DNA of 64,000 bases from IMG/VR virus record IMGVR_UViG_3300032308_002578, positions 1 to 64,000 of that record. One strand, written 5' to 3'. This stretch comes from a virus. The notes under the pieces were generated by a model. It was not told the DNA's origin, made no database searches, and was given only the letters and a program-made list of their open reading frames with translations. The translations under genes and the position numbers were made by a program. Below, one piece after another: positions 39,770 through 50,251 of the stretch. Numbering within the stretch: the stretch's first letter is position 1; the number at the start of each line of letters is the position of its first letter.

Positions 39770-41007
39770 TGCCTCGTCCCGGATTTTACAACGACAACGA
39801 ATATCGCGCGTATCCGTTCATTTACACGGGCAGCGCTGATACTTCGTTGCCAACTAGCCTCATTGTAGACGCCGGCGTTGTTATGGGGCTGGATGCAGAA
39901 TTCGACCCGGCCAGCCACAGTGTGTGGCTCAGCAGTATTGCGCGCATAAATCAAATGCTGACAGTTGAATTTGCCACAGACGCGCCCGGCGCGCTAGAGG
40001 TGCCGCTCCAATTTACTATGACCATCGCCGACAACGTGTGGCAAACAGGGTTCGCAGAAACGCGCACGGCAGATCTTACCGCGGTGCCGTGCGCTGCCGA
40101 ACCCATTTGGGAGGGATTTTTAACGACAGGCGCGCTGGCGGCCGATTTGGACCCGTATTTCATAATTACATTTGCCGCGAACCAGCACCAACTCGAACCA
40201 GCGCGAATTCAAAATCTCGCCAAATCGTATTTACGCTCTATTAGCGTCGGTAATTTTGCCAGAACAACCATTCCGGCCTGCGACACGCTCAACAATACAA
40301 ACCGTCCGATTGTGTTAAACACCGAGTGCATACAAGGCGACATTCGATTTAGAGAAGGGTATAACTGCGCCATTACGCAAACAGATCGTAATCGCGAAAT
40401 TAGTATTGCCGCGACAAAAGGCGCTGGCGCTGGCGCGACAGGCGACGAACTGTGCGAAAAAAGCGGCGAATTGCCGCTGTATACCGGCGAACAGTTACCG
40501 CTCGGCCCGATTAAAGAGACAACTTTTATCGCAGCTTTTGATGTTCATGGTCAAAATCCGCCAACTGACGAGCAACTTGCAGGCTTGTTGCCAGCCACGT
40601 GCGCCGGAAACAAGACTGGTGATACATACGGCTGGAAATCAGATCTTAAACAAGCGCCCGACGTCGTACCGCCGCTACTCTACTACGATGCGCGTTATTA
40701 CACATGGAACAATATAAGCTGGATGCAGTCGTCAATTGTACGATTTAATGAAATTGTAAGCGAAAACGTCGCGGCGCCGGCGCGCGAGTTTGAAGACTTC
40801 CCGACACACATGCCGCCTGACGTGCAATCTGTGCAGGCGTTTTTAAGTGGTGGCCCGCGGTGTTGCGAACTAATTACCACAATAAACGGCGCAGGTGGCC
40901 GCACGCTTAATATCATTGGCGGTACAGGCGTTCAAATCGGTACAGCGCCGCACAAGATCACTGTGACGCTCAATACAAACTCACAAAATAGTTGCGCTAC
41001 GCCATGA
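39769..41007 (+). CDS. fibre-associated protein, paralog 5
   Basis: FYNDNEYRAYPF and ITTINGAG motifs. Confidence 0.65.
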   Translation: MPRPGFYNDNEYRAYPFIYTGSADTSLPTSLIVDAGVVMGLDAEFDPASHSVWLSSIARINQMLTVEFATDAPGALEVPLQFTMTIADNVWQTGFAETRTADLTAVPCAAEPIWEGFLTTGALAADLDPYFIITFAANQHQLEPARIQNLAKSYLRSISVGNFARTTIPACDTLNNTNRPIVLNTECIQGDIRFREGYNCAITQTDRNREISIAATKGAGAGATGDELCEKSGELPLYTGEQLPLGPIKETTFIAAFDVHGQNPPTDEQLAGLLPATCAGNKTGDTYGWKSDLKQAPDVVPPLLYYDARYYTWNNISWMQSSIVRFNEIVSENVAAPAREFEDFPTHMPPDVQSVQAFLSGGPRCCELITTINGAGGRTLNIIGGTGVQIGTAPHKITVTLNTNSQNSCATP

Positions 41008-44000
41008 GCGAAAATTTATTTAAAGACTCGCAGTGCCCGATTCAGGACGTCCCGGCCGTCGACTTCGATTTCATCACAATCGACGTCTGCTCGCCGGTCC
41101 CGATCCCGCCACCTATTTTCGGCTGCATGACGCCGGTCGTGCCGCGCGAGCCGGACACGGAACTCGGCCTGAAGTGCCCGGCGTTTGCGACAACAACTGA
41201 CATTGCAGTCGGGTACGTCGGCGATGGAAATACCGATTGCGGTGTCGACCCGAATCCGCGCCTCACGCTCGCGTTCGTCAAGACAGCCATTGATCCGTGC
41301 AATTACGAGGTCGCGGTAGACCTTAACGTGCCGATTCCTAGACCGCCGTGTGCGCCGACGGTTACGGCTGGTGAATTTATCGTCGAGGCCGGTTTTGACG
41401 ACTGCGTCGCGCCGGGCGGAGCAATTTTGGTCACGAAGAACACCACGCCGGGCGATTGCACAACGCCCGACCAGTGCGAGTTCGTCATCGATTTCAATTT
41501 GAATGTGCCGATTCCCCGCACGCCCTGCCCCGTAATCGACGCCGGAGTGTTTAAAGTCTCTTCCGGTTATTCCGATTCGCCGTGCATGCAGAACACGAAC
41601 AACAGGTTCTCAATCCGGTCAAATGTCATTCCCGGGAGTTGCAACGTCGCCGACCAGTGCGAATTTCTGGTCGATCTTGAAATTGCCGTACCGATCCCTC
41701 GCACGCCCTGCCCGGAAATCAACCTCAATAATTTTGCTGTCAGCAGCGGTTATCAAGATGCCGCGTGCATGCAGGATAAGCAAAACAAATTCAGCATTGT
41801 GGCAACCAACATTCCGGGTGACTGCAATACACCGGACCGGTGCGCGTTCGACGTTGAACTTGAAATTGCTATTCCAATTCCGCGGACACCGTGCCCAGAA
41901 ATTGGCATTACAGCACTATCGGTGTCGACGGGGTACAACGACTCGGCGTGCGTGACCGACAAAGACAACCGGTTTGAAATCACTACCCGGCATGTTCCGG
42001 GCGTAGATTGCAACGACCCGGGTACTTGCAGTTTCGATATCGAGTTGGAGTTAGTCGTTCCAATTCCAAAACCGCCGTGCCCGGAAATTAATATTACAAA
42101 ATTTTCGGTGTCGACGGGGTACAACGACTCGGCGTGCGTGACCGACAAAGACAACCGGTTTGAAATCACTACCCGGCATGTTCCGGGCGTAGATTGCAAC
42201 GACCCGGGTACTTGCAGTTTCGATGTCGAATTGGAGCTAGTCGTTCCGGTTCCGAAACCGACGTGCCCAAACATTTACGTCAACAAATTCGAGATCACTG
42301 CCGGCTATTCGCAGCAGGCGTGCGTCAAAGACAAAGACAGTAAATTTGAGATTATCGCGACGACGACGCCGAGCACAGATTGCAACACGCCGGACGCATG
42401 TGATTTTGAAATCAATCTGGAACTGTACGTTCCGATTCCAGAAACGCCGTGTCCTGAGATCAACGTTAATAAATTTGAAGTAGTTACCGCGTACGCTGGG
42501 TCGTCGTGCCTGATTAACAAGACAAACACGTTCGTTATTACGTCGACAAAAAAGCCCGGCGCCGGTTGCAATGATCCTGAGACGTGCGCGTTCGACGTAG
42601 AACTTGAGATCTATGTGCCGGTTCCGCCGCCGCCCTGCGTCGAGTTAAACGCGGGAGTTGTTACTGTCTATTCTGGCTATGCGGGTTTTGAGTGCGTCAA
42701 CAAAACCAGTGAATTACGAATTACCAAAACTACGACGCCGGCAGAGGGGTGTGATACGCCGGACACGTGCTCGTTCGATATCGACATTGACGTCGTTGTG
42801 CCAATTCCGTTGCCGCCGTGCCCTATTATCTCGAACAGCAGCACGTTCTTCACGCGCTACTCCGACGTGCCAGCGGTGCGGCAGGGTAGTTTTTTTAGGC
42901 TGATCACGCTTCCGCCGACGCCCGACTGTCAAGACCCCGGCACATGCGTGTATGTGCTCGATATTAACGTAGATACTGTTATGCCGCGGCCGCCGTGCCC
43001 GGAGTTCAACAAACAGAACATCAGAATCACGGCGGAGTACGACAATTGGAATAACCTCAATTTCAATATCACGCCGAACCACGAACTCAATATCGGTACC
43101 AACGATCCGCCAGAGTGCAAATACGACATCGATCTTGAAATTGATGTAAACATCCCGCGCCCGCCATGCACGGAAATCATTGACGGCGGCGTGTACAACA
43201 AAGGCGAACTTGTCGGGCGTTTCATCATTCAGCCCAATTTTTCTCCGGGCGATTACTGCATCAATACGCTCGGCCTCGATCTTAACCTGTGCGAAACAGA
43301 AATCGCGTTCGACCCAACAGGGGCGAAGACCGGTGGCCCTGCCGACAATTTCAAAATTTGGTATCACGACAAGGGCGAACCGTGCTCGATCGAGCCGCGT
43401 TTTGAACTGTTCATTGCGCGCGATGAAATAGACAAGTGCAAGTGGTGGATTTCGCCGTACGTCAAAATTTGTATTGAGCAGCCCAAATTTATCGTAGACG
43501 ACACGGTATACGAAGGCTGCACCTCCAGCAGCGGTGTCTATCAGCCTATTGACGAAGTAACACTTGAGACTACGACCACCGGCGGTCAGGGCGAGGAGCC
43601 GGCTGACATCAAGCACCAACTCACCGTTAAAATGAATTGCCTGCAGCCGGGCACAGTTACAATTTCGCCCAGCAGCATTGGCAGCGGCACGCTTGAGATT
43701 GCCGAAAATAAAATCAATCTTAACTTAGAGTTTAATGTTACAGACTGCCCGACAAGCGGCGGTTCAGGCGGCAGCGGTTCAGGCAGCGGTGGTTCAGGCG
43801 GCGGTGGCGGTTCTTGCGGCGGGCAAGGTGACCCCGGACCCACAGGCCCAGAAGGGCCGCAAGGGCGACCGGGCCAAAAAGGCGACAAAGGCGACAAAGG
43901 AAATGACGGACCGGCTGGGCCGGCAGGCCCGATGGGTCCTATGGGCTTGCAAGGCCCGCCGGGTGACCCCGGACCACAAGGCCAAAAGGGCGACCGCGGC

Positions 44001-45572
44001 CCGCAAGGTTTAAGGGGCCCGCAGGGTTTAATGGGTCCGATGGGTGTAGGTTTGCAGGGCCTCATGGGGCCGACAGGCTGCCGCGGCGAGCAGGGCGAGA
44101 CCGGCCTGCGCGGAATAGATGGGCCAGCAGGCGCCACAGGCGTCTCGGGCGTTACCGGGCCCACGGGCATGACAGGCCCCACTGGCGGCATAGGTGTAAC
44201 TGGCCCGTCTGGCCCGAGCGGCGCCACTGGCGCTATAGGCCCAGCTGGCGCGAGAGGAGTTACAGGCCCGTCAGGCTTGCGTGGCGCCGCAGGCCCCGCT
44301 GGCCCCGCAGGCCCCGCTGGCGCGAAAGGCGCAACGGGCGCAAACGGGCCTACAGGCCCGCAGGGCGCTACAGGCGTTGGCATTAGGGGCGCGACTGGTG
44401 TAACCGGCCCCGCAGGCCCACAGGGCGTTACGGGCGTGATAGGCGCCACCGGGGCCACAGGTGTCGGCGTTACGGGCGCAACGGGGCAGATCGGAGCTAC
44501 TGGGCTGCGGGGCGCCACCGGAGTCGGCACTACGGGCGCAACTGGTCCGGCCGGACAACGCGGCCTACAAGGCGCGCCCGGTAGTCGTGGGGCAACGGGT
44601 GTAACTGGCCCGAGCGGTATATCCGGCACAGCCGGTGTTACAGGTGCTACAGGGCCGTGCGGGCCTGCCGGGGCGCCCGCGATTGCGCCGCGGTGGCTCG
44701 GCGTAGCGTACGACGACCCGAGAAAATTTGGACCATATGTACGTAAAGGCGACTATTATCTCGCAAGTGCGCGAGCAGAAAAAATTTCAGCCGCCGCCGC
44801 CGAGCCGAACGCTAACTTGTCGCCATTTATTGATATTCAATTACATGCACAAGACATCGCTGAAGACGATATTTTTATTGCTGTGTACTACAACTGGGAC
44901 GCCGAGGAACGCGAATTTTGTCTAGACGCGCTCACCGAAACGGAAGCTAACGCGTTGTGGCACGACAATTCTCACAATATTTCTTGGCTGCACATTCCAG
45001 CAATTGCTGGACTGCGAGAATCATTAGAGACAACCGGCGCGCCAACAAACGAACAAGCAGCAATCATACGAACAACCGTACTTGAAACTATAATTGCGTT
45101 GTGCCCCGGCGGAGACGACCCTGAAGACGCAATTTTAATTTACGCTACGCTTTTTAACGTAGGTAATTTTTTAGGTTCGTGCGACGACAGCCCGAATCGA
45201 ATTTACAGCGCAACACGAACAGCAATAAAAACATTTGGCTTGTTTGCGGGCGCAACGTTTTTAGTCGACTATACGTCGTTGAATGACGAGCCGTCGCCAG
45301 CGCAAATAAACGACGACGGCAAGTGTTACATGTTTGCGCCGGAACCGCCCGTTATACCGGTTAACACCACGCCCGGCAGAGGAGTGGTCCGTGCGCCAGC
45401 GGTTGAAAATTTAAGCTGGCAAGCGTTTGGTAATCTGTACAACCCAGCACGCGTGACAAACGTGACAGCGTTAATCGGGGCTCTAGCGACCGACGGCGCA
45501 GGCAACCCACTGCACCCGACGTTCTACAACAGTTTCAAAACTGTTTTACAAACCATGTTGGGTTTAACATAA
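41004..45572 (+). CDS. long fibre protein: Cys-rich ~60-aa repeats, collagen-like region, C-terminal domain
   Basis: About 10 repeats of PIPxxPCPxI...C...C...CxFxxxLxxxV, a Gly/Ser linker, then a long Gly-X-Y run. Confidence 0.8.
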   Translation: MSENLFKDSQCPIQDVPAVDFDFITIDVCSPVPIPPPIFGCMTPVVPREPDTELGLKCPAFATTTDIAVGYVGDGNTDCGVDPNPRLTLAFVKTAIDPCNYEVAVDLNVPIPRPPCAPTVTAGEFIVEAGFDDCVAPGGAILVTKNTTPGDCTTPDQCEFVIDFNLNVPIPRTPCPVIDAGVFKVSSGYSDSPCMQNTNNRFSIRSNVIPGSCNVADQCEFLVDLEIAVPIPRTPCPEINLNNFAVSSGYQDAACMQDKQNKFSIVATNIPGDCNTPDRCAFDVELEIAIPIPRTPCPEIGITALSVSTGYNDSACVTDKDNRFEITTRHVPGVDCNDPGTCSFDIELELVVPIPKPPCPEINITKFSVSTGYNDSACVTDKDNRFEITTRHVPGVDCNDPGTCSFDVELELVVPVPKPTCPNIYVNKFEITAGYSQQACVKDKDSKFEIIATTTPSTDCNTPDACDFEINLELYVPIPETPCPEINVNKFEVVTAYAGSSCLINKTNTFVITSTKKPGAGCNDPETCAFDVELEIYVPVPPPPCVELNAGVVTVYSGYAGFECVNKTSELRITKTTTPAEGCDTPDTCSFDIDIDVVVPIPLPPCPIISNSSTFFTRYSDVPAVRQGSFFRLITLPPTPDCQDPGTCVYVLDINVDTVMPRPPCPEFNKQNIRITAEYDNWNNLNFNITPNHELNIGTNDPPECKYDIDLEIDVNIPRPPCTEIIDGGVYNKGELVGRFIIQPNFSPGDYCINTLGLDLNLCETEIAFDPTGAKTGGPADNFKIWYHDKGEPCSIEPRFELFIARDEIDKCKWWISPYVKICIEQPKFIVDDTVYEGCTSSSGVYQPIDEVTLETTTTGGQGEEPADIKHQLTVKMNCLQPGTVTISPSSIGSGTLEIAENKINLNLEFNVTDCPTSGGSGGSGSGSGGSGGGGGSCGGQGDPGPTGPEGPQGRPGQKGDKGDKGNDGPAGPAGPMGPMGLQGPPGDPGPQGQKGDRGPQGLRGPQGLMGPMGVGLQGLMGPTGCRGEQGETGLRGIDGPAGATGVSGVTGPTGMTGPTGGIGVTGPSGPSGATGAIGPAGARGVTGPSGLRGAAGPAGPAGPAGAKGATGANGPTGPQGATGVGIRGATGVTGPAGPQGVTGVIGATGATGVGVTGATGQIGATGLRGATGVGTTGATGPAGQRGLQGAPGSRGATGVTGPSGISGTAGVTGATGPCGPAGAPAIAPRWLGVAYDDPRKFGPYVRKGDYYLASARAEKISAAAAEPNANLSPFIDIQLHAQDIAEDDIFIAVYYNWDAEEREFCLDALTETEANALWHDNSHNISWLHIPAIAGLRESLETTGAPTNEQAAIIRTTVLETIIALCPGGDDPEDAILIYATLFNVGNFLGSCDDSPNRIYSATRTAIKTFGLFAGATFLVDYTSLNDEPSPAQINDDGKCYMFAPEPPVIPVNTTPGRGVVRAPAVENLSWQAFGNLYNPARVTNVTALIGALATDGAGNPLHPTFYNSFKTVLQTMLGLT
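41919..42224 (+). repeat. exact 120-bp duplication (41919-42038 and 42105-42224), period 186 bp
   Basis: Identical sequence TCGGTGTCGACGGGGTAC...TGCAGTTTCGAT in adjacent protein repeats. Confidence 0.9.
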
Positions 45573-45579
45573 TTGAAAA

Positions 45580-46356
45580 ATGAACAATTTCGACGAGCAA
45601 TTACCCGACGTTGAGGCCATGCAGCCGTTTGACGGCCCCGTACTGGCTAATACCGACGGCTGCACCAGTTGCCCACCCGGCCCGCGCGGCCCGCAAGGCC
45701 CGCAAGGTTTACGCGGCCCGATGGGGCCGTCTGGCCCACGCGGCAATGTTGGCCCAGCCGGCGCAACCGGCGTTAAAGGGCAGACGGGCGCTACCGGTGC
45801 GACTGGGCCGTCGGGGCCAAAGGGTCAAACGGGTGTTACAGGGGCCATAGGCACAAAAGGGCAGACTGGCGCTACAGGAGCCCCCGGACCCACAGGCCAA
45901 ACTGGTGTCACGGGTATAACGGGTGTCACCGGCCCGCGTGGCGCAACTGGGGCGTCTGGTGTAACTGGCGTTCAGGGCGCTACCGGACCTACTGGTGTAA
46001 CCGGCGTGACAGGACTTAGCGGCCCTACTGGCGCGACCGGCGCTACCGGGCCTACTGGTATAACCGGCGTGACAGGACTGCGCGGCCCGGCGGGACAAAC
46101 TGGCCCGCGCGGAGCTACCGGTTTACTTGGCATGACGGGCCCTATCGGCCCGACCGGCATAACTGGTCCGGTTGGTGTTACTGGCGCCACTGGCGCGAGC
46201 GGTCCGAAGGGCGACACCGGCGCGGCAGGCCCGCAGGGCGCGACTGGACCGTGCGGCTCGCTAACATTGACTCCGGCATTTGTATCGCAATTGATTGCAG
46301 AAATCGGTACAAATACGGCGCTGCGTACTGCGATTCAAGACGCGGCTGCCAGCTAA
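45580..46356 (+). CDS. short collagen-like protein
   Basis: Gly-X-Y repeats (GAT/GPT/GVT) flanked by CTSC and GPC. Confidence 0.85.
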   Translation: MNNFDEQLPDVEAMQPFDGPVLANTDGCTSCPPGPRGPQGPQGLRGPMGPSGPRGNVGPAGATGVKGQTGATGATGPSGPKGQTGVTGAIGTKGQTGATGAPGPTGQTGVTGITGVTGPRGATGASGVTGVQGATGPTGVTGVTGLSGPTGATGATGPTGITGVTGLRGPAGQTGPRGATGLLGMTGPIGPTGITGPVGVTGATGASGPKGDTGAAGPQGATGPCGSLTLTPAFVSQLIAEIGTNTALRTAIQDAAAS

Positions 46357-46388
46357 GCCCACTCGCATTAACCCGCAAGGAAGCGCAA

Positions 46389-46760
46389 ATGACACGCCGG
46401 TTTTCCCGCATGATCTCGTTGAGTCGAGAAAACATTACGCGTTTTGTCACTGAACCGGAGTTCTTCACCAAAAACCCCGGATTGCAACCACTGGCCGCAC
46501 AGATGGCTGAGTGCAACGCCGCATTCGCCAAGTCTGCTGCCGAAAAGGGCTGCCGGTGCCGGGCTGACGCAAACACGCTCACGCCGTGCATGACAGCATT
46601 TATTCAAACGCTGCTGGACGCAAAAGAGAATAATCCCAGCGTCGTACAAGACTTTGTGAAATATGCGGCAAAAAAAGATCAAGTTGATGACACCGGGATT
46701 ACAATATATTTCGCGGCCTTAGACGGCAGTAAGGCACTCCAACGGTACGAGTTTCCATGA
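46389..46760 (+). CDS. small Cys-containing hypothetical protein
   Basis: ATG 46389 after AAGGAAG; KSAAEKGCRC motif shared with the 47583 gene. Confidence 0.6.
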   Translation: MTRRFSRMISLSRENITRFVTEPEFFTKNPGLQPLAAQMAECNAAFAKSAAEKGCRCRADANTLTPCMTAFIQTLLDAKENNPSVVQDFVKYAAKKDQVDDTGITIYFAALDGSKALQRYEFP

Positions 46761-47038
46761 GTTACGTCAGCCCAGCACACTCCAAACTGCTATACGGCGC
46801 ACAACCGCATGTACTGGCGAACGGCGTGCAGCAGGGCATCGTAAAAATACGCTTGCGGGACGACCACGACCAGCCCGTCGCTGGCCGCCAAGTCGAACTA
46901 ATTGCTGATCGCGCAAACGTAGCCATCGAGCAGCCCGGCCTAACTGACGCGAACGGTACAGCACTGGCGTATGTCACGTCGACCGTTCCCGGGCCGGTCA
47001 ATATTAGTGGTCGTGTTGTTCCGGTCACACCCACATGA
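46757..47038 (+). CDS. Ig-like (Big_1/invasin-type) domain protein
   Basis: ANG...VKIRLRD..DQPVAG..V.L...TDANGTA...VTST.PG.V.I pattern. Confidence 0.75.
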   Translation: MSYVSPAHSKLLYGAQPHVLANGVQQGIVKIRLRDDHDQPVAGRQVELIADRANVAIEQPGLTDANGTALAYVTSTVPGPVNISGRVVPVTPT

Positions 47039-47045
47039 GGATGCC

Positions 47046-47570
47046 ATGAGTTGTAACCCAATTAACAACGACGATCAGATCATCGAACTGCCCGACGCGA
47101 TTAATCTGAATTTCTACGACCCACAAATTGAGCCCCCGCCACCGCAGCCAGACAACGGCCGGCGTTTAAAACTCACATGGCAAGTCAGCCGCTACAACTT
47201 TAACAGGGTCGACGGCATTCGCGTTAGAATTGCGGCGACCAACGCGGCCGGGATGTCGGATAAGGTGTTCGCGTACCTGATGCTGCCACTCAAGGCCGGC
47301 GCTGATTCCAAAGCCGGCGCGTTCGACCACGTGTGCTCGCCGGCCGATCTTGAAGAATACCCCGAAGATGACCCGATTCCGAATAGCCGCCCGGCGTGGT
47401 TCCGATTGAGTTACGTAGACGTGCTCTTGCGGTCACGAGCGGAAGTCGAAGCGTTTATTCGAGACGTGGTTGAAGATGTGCAACGGCTCAAGAACACGCT
47501 CGATCTGATGGACGACTTGTTGCCCGGTAACGAAGTATGGATCGGCGTACCACCCACCCCGCCAGCATGA
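47046..47570 (+). CDS. virion-module hypothetical protein
   Basis: ATG 47046 after GAGG; 174 aa. Confidence 0.65.
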   Translation: MSCNPINNDDQIIELPDAINLNFYDPQIEPPPPQPDNGRRLKLTWQVSRYNFNRVDGIRVRIAATNAAGMSDKVFAYLMLPLKAGADSKAGAFDHVCSPADLEEYPEDDPIPNSRPAWFRLSYVDVLLRSRAEVEAFIRDVVEDVQRLKNTLDLMDDLLPGNEVWIGVPPTPPA

Positions 47571-47582
47571 TTGGAGCGCAGG

Positions 47583-47888
47583 ATGTCAGCCCTCATTGTT
47601 TTGGACGACAGCACGATCATGAGCATGTTGAACAACACGGCTTTTTCAACGCAATTTCCGTGTCTGTTCAATAAGCGCGATATTTTCAAATCAGCGGCGG
47701 CATCCGGTTGCGGTATGTGCGCCAAGAAACGGCAAGAACGGCAGCGCAAAGAAATGGCCGCGCTCAAAACCTGTCTGGCCGGCATGGGCCCAGAAAAAAA
47801 GGCCATGCTTAAAAAAATGCTGGAAGCCGAGCAGATCCGTATCGTGTACACCAATCTCGCCGGTCAGGTTGTGCAACTGACCTTCTGA
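47583..47888 (+). CDS. small Cys-containing hypothetical protein
   Basis: ATG 47583 after GGAG; KSAAASGCGMC motif. Confidence 0.65.
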   Translation: MSALIVLDDSTIMSMLNNTAFSTQFPCLFNKRDIFKSAAASGCGMCAKKRQERQRKEMAALKTCLAGMGPEKKAMLKKMLEAEQIRIVYTNLAGQVVQLTF

Positions 47889-47890
47889 CG

Positions 47891-47999
47891 CCGCACCTGC
47901 CACGCGTAGGTTGCGATCTTCCGCCGCCCTGCGCTGACTGAACGGCTGCGTTCCACGCGGCCACCGGGCTCCACGCCCTAGGTCAGCGCGGGGCGGCGG
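47891..47999 (+). other. GC-rich branched RNA structure at the end of the structural operon
   Basis: 19-bp stem 47921-39/47981-99 enclosing two hairpins; CCACGC occurs three times. Confidence 0.55.
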
Positions 48000-48014
48000 T
48001 TGCATTCTGCCGCC

Positions 48015-48043
48015 CTAAATTTCGGGGCAAATCGCGGCATATT
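48015..48043 (+). promoter_or_regulatory. candidate phage promoter CTAAAT-N8-AAATYRCGGCATATT, copy 2
   Basis: Matches 6240-6268; upstream of the 48105 gene. Confidence 0.55.
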
Positions 48044-48104
48044 AAGTGTACCCACTGTGTCGTATCAGTGGATTCTCATCACCGCCTTACAAGGGAGTTA
48101 AGGC

Positions 48105-48545
48105 ATGAGCGTTCTGCTGCTGAGTGCTGCCGATGTCAAGAAGACGTGGGCTGCGGTCGAGGCTCGTATTAAGAAGCGACCGGTGTTTCAGGTCGTGCCC
48201 GAGGAGGCGATGGTGACGATTGAGAACGTCATCCTCGCCAACGAGGACGAGGCGTGGGATCGCTTCCCCGCCGACCAGAAGTGCCGTGTGCACTTCTGGA
48301 AAACGCTGTTGCTCGCCGCCGTCCCCGAGAACGAGCGGGGATTGTGGGCAGTGTACTTCCACGAGTACATTGCGGCTTCTCTCCGCGGCGATGGCGCTGC
48401 AGGCGTCGAGGTCGACGATGACACTGACGTCATCGTCTACTCCCGGCGCAGTGTTTCCCCGGCTATCGCCCAACGGGCATTGGCCGAAGCGTACCAGACC
48501 TGCGCTGCGGGTCTGGAAGGCTACAGGGTTTCGTGGGACGAATAG
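48105..48545 (+). CDS. hypothetical protein
   Basis: SD AGGGAG; 146 aa; bounded by the promoter motif and a long hairpin. Confidence 0.7.
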   Translation: MSVLLLSAADVKKTWAAVEARIKKRPVFQVVPEEAMVTIENVILANEDEAWDRFPADQKCRVHFWKTLLLAAVPENERGLWAVYFHEYIAASLRGDGAAGVEVDDDTDVIVYSRRSVSPAIAQRALAEAYQTCAAGLEGYRVSWDE

Positions 48546-48562
48546 TCCTGCAACCCACATGT

Positions 48563-48636
48563 GTTAACGACGATGCCGTCGGACACGTATTACCTTTACA
48601 GGTGATATGTTGTCCGACGGCATCCGTTAACTTTTT
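48563..48636 (+). terminator. long imperfect hairpin with T tract
   Basis: GTTAACG..GATGCCGTCGGACA..TATTACCT / AGGTGATA..TGTCCGACGGCATC.CGTTAAC followed by TTTTT. Confidence 0.7.
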
Positions 48637-48730
48637 CTATTGACCTTTTCCTTAGATATCAACGAGGGCCACCATCAAAAAGAAATATCGGCTCGACAAA
48701 AAGGTTGATGTGGTCAAGCCGCCTTTTGTC

Positions 48731-49159
48731 ATGGCAGACCCAAATGACGACTCGGCGGCGTTCGGTTGGTCGCTCGGGAAGCTGCGCTACCCGGGCGAGC
48801 CAGACCCAAACGACCCCGGAACTAATTGGCCCGGTTCGCATGTCTTCAGTGTGCCGACGCCGTTGGAAGTCCGACAGGTTTACGGGCACAACATCGAGTT
48901 TGTCTGCCCGGCTTTCGTGCAGTTGATGCTCGACGCTGAGCCGGAGATCCGCAAAGGCGCCGAGCGGGTTCGCGCCGCGGGCTACACGCCCGAGGCGCTC
49001 AATAAATACCGCCGGGTCGTGTTGACTGTATTTAACGAAAAAATTCTGCCGCAGATGGTTAAACGGTTCGAAGAAGTTTCTGGGCTGGTGGCTGAATTTT
49101 ACGCCGCCCGCCTTGCCCACATTGACGCTTTTGGAATTGAGGACGAAGAAGAACAATGA
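48731..49159 (+). CDS. hypothetical protein
   Basis: Coherent ORF overlapping the next gene by ATGA; start uncertain (48710 or 48731). Confidence 0.6.
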   Translation: MADPNDDSAAFGWSLGKLRYPGEPDPNDPGTNWPGSHVFSVPTPLEVRQVYGHNIEFVCPAFVQLMLDAEPEIRKGAERVRAAGYTPEALNKYRRVVLTVFNEKILPQMVKRFEEVSGLVAEFYAARLAHIDAFGIEDEEEQ

Positions 49160-49485
49160 AAACCAAGACCAAATCCAAGACCAAGATCTTGAAGCGTGCG
49201 TCCAAGAAAAAGGCTGCGCCGCGTAAGGTGCGCAGCGCAGCCAAGTCCGGTATGTCCGGTTACGTTGTGGTGTGGCGTCACACGATGGACGACATCCCGC
49301 TCGGGCTGTACGCCGACGAAAAGGACGCCATCAAGGTGGCCACGACGATTACGTGGAAACAGGCTTACGCCATCGCGCGTCGACTGGATATCGACGCGTC
49401 GACGCCGGTGTGCTTTGCGTACGCTGCGTTTAAGGCCGGCCTTGCGACAACGTTCACCATTGTAGATCGCAAGGACGACGCTTGA
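49156..49485 (+). CDS. hypothetical protein with Lys-rich N-terminus
   Basis: 109 aa; ATGA coupling with the previous gene. Confidence 0.65.
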   Translation: MKTKTKSKTKILKRASKKKAAPRKVRSAAKSGMSGYVVVWRHTMDDIPLGLYADEKDAIKVATTITWKQAYAIARRLDIDASTPVCFAYAAFKAGLATTFTIVDRKDDA

Positions 49486-49761
49486 TTACAGGGACGCCAG
49501 CACTACGAAGTCGCGGCGATACCCAACCACCGGACCACGTTTGCCGAGGAGCAGGTCATCGTCGGTCTTGCCGTCGGTGTCCACAGGGTACGGCCCGCCG
49601 GCGTTCGACACGCCCGGACGATTCAACCCCAGCGCCGCGGCTTTCTGCAGCACAATGTTCGACGTTGCAGCCGACATCAGTTCTTCGATATTATCGCCGA
49701 AGACTACGAACTCAGCCCGACCATGCGTGGTATTAGAAAGGTCATCAAGAATGGAAACCAT
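49486..49761 (-). CDS. hypothetical protein (91 aa)
   Basis: On the - strand CACCGGAGGTTTCC precedes the ATG (good SD); stop abuts the convergent 49156 gene. Confidence 0.6.
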   Translation of the reverse strand: MVSILDDLSNTTHGRAEFVVFGDNIEELMSAATSNIVLQKAAALGLNRPGVSNAGGPYPVDTDGKTDDDLLLGKRGPVVGYRRDFVVLASL

Positions 49762-50251
49762 GGAAACCTCCGGTGAGAAAAAAGATCTGACGTTGCGTAT
49801 GGTAATCCCTGTGCTTAATTTGAGCAAGTTGCAAATTCGCTCAATTTTCACGGCTGTTTTAAATAAGCCGCAGCCGGAAATAGACACACCGCTGGATAAG
49901 CGCGCCGTGTTCTTTTTGCTGGTCGGCGACATGCTGGAGCGCTTGGCGTTTTTAAAGCCGGAGCAACGCACACTGATCTTGCAGGAACTCCAGTCCCTGT
50001 TCGATGACGCAGATGGCTGTCGCGATTGCCTCAAGCAATTGGTGTTCGCGGACGGCAAACTCTGCACGTGGACTGGACAGTCCGGTTTCACCGATCTGGA
50101 GTCTGGGGAACAGGTTACGACTCTTCCGCACCCGCCTATGGAGACCATTGCGTATAATCTAGATGAACTGTACCGCCGGGGCGTACTGCTGATCGAAAAA
50201 AGGAATGGACTCCATGCCCAAAAATCTCCTGCAGGAAGCGTGGACGAGTAA
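49760..50251 (+). CDS. hypothetical protein
   Basis: Globular-looking sequence; start at 49751 or 49760. Confidence 0.6.
   Translation: METSGEKKDLTLRMVIPVLNLSKLQIRSIFTAVLNKPQPEIDTPLDKRAVFFLLVGDMLERLAFLKPEQRTLILQELQSLFDDADGCRDCLKQLVFADGKLCTWTGQSGFTDLESGEQVTTLPHPPMETIAYNLDELYRRGVLLIEKRNGLHAQKSPAGSVDE

Noticed and set aside
41919-42224. Diversity-generating retroelement template/variable repeat pair
   Set aside because: The copies are identical, in frame and adjacent, with no adenine-specific differences, and no reverse transcriptase gene is in the window.
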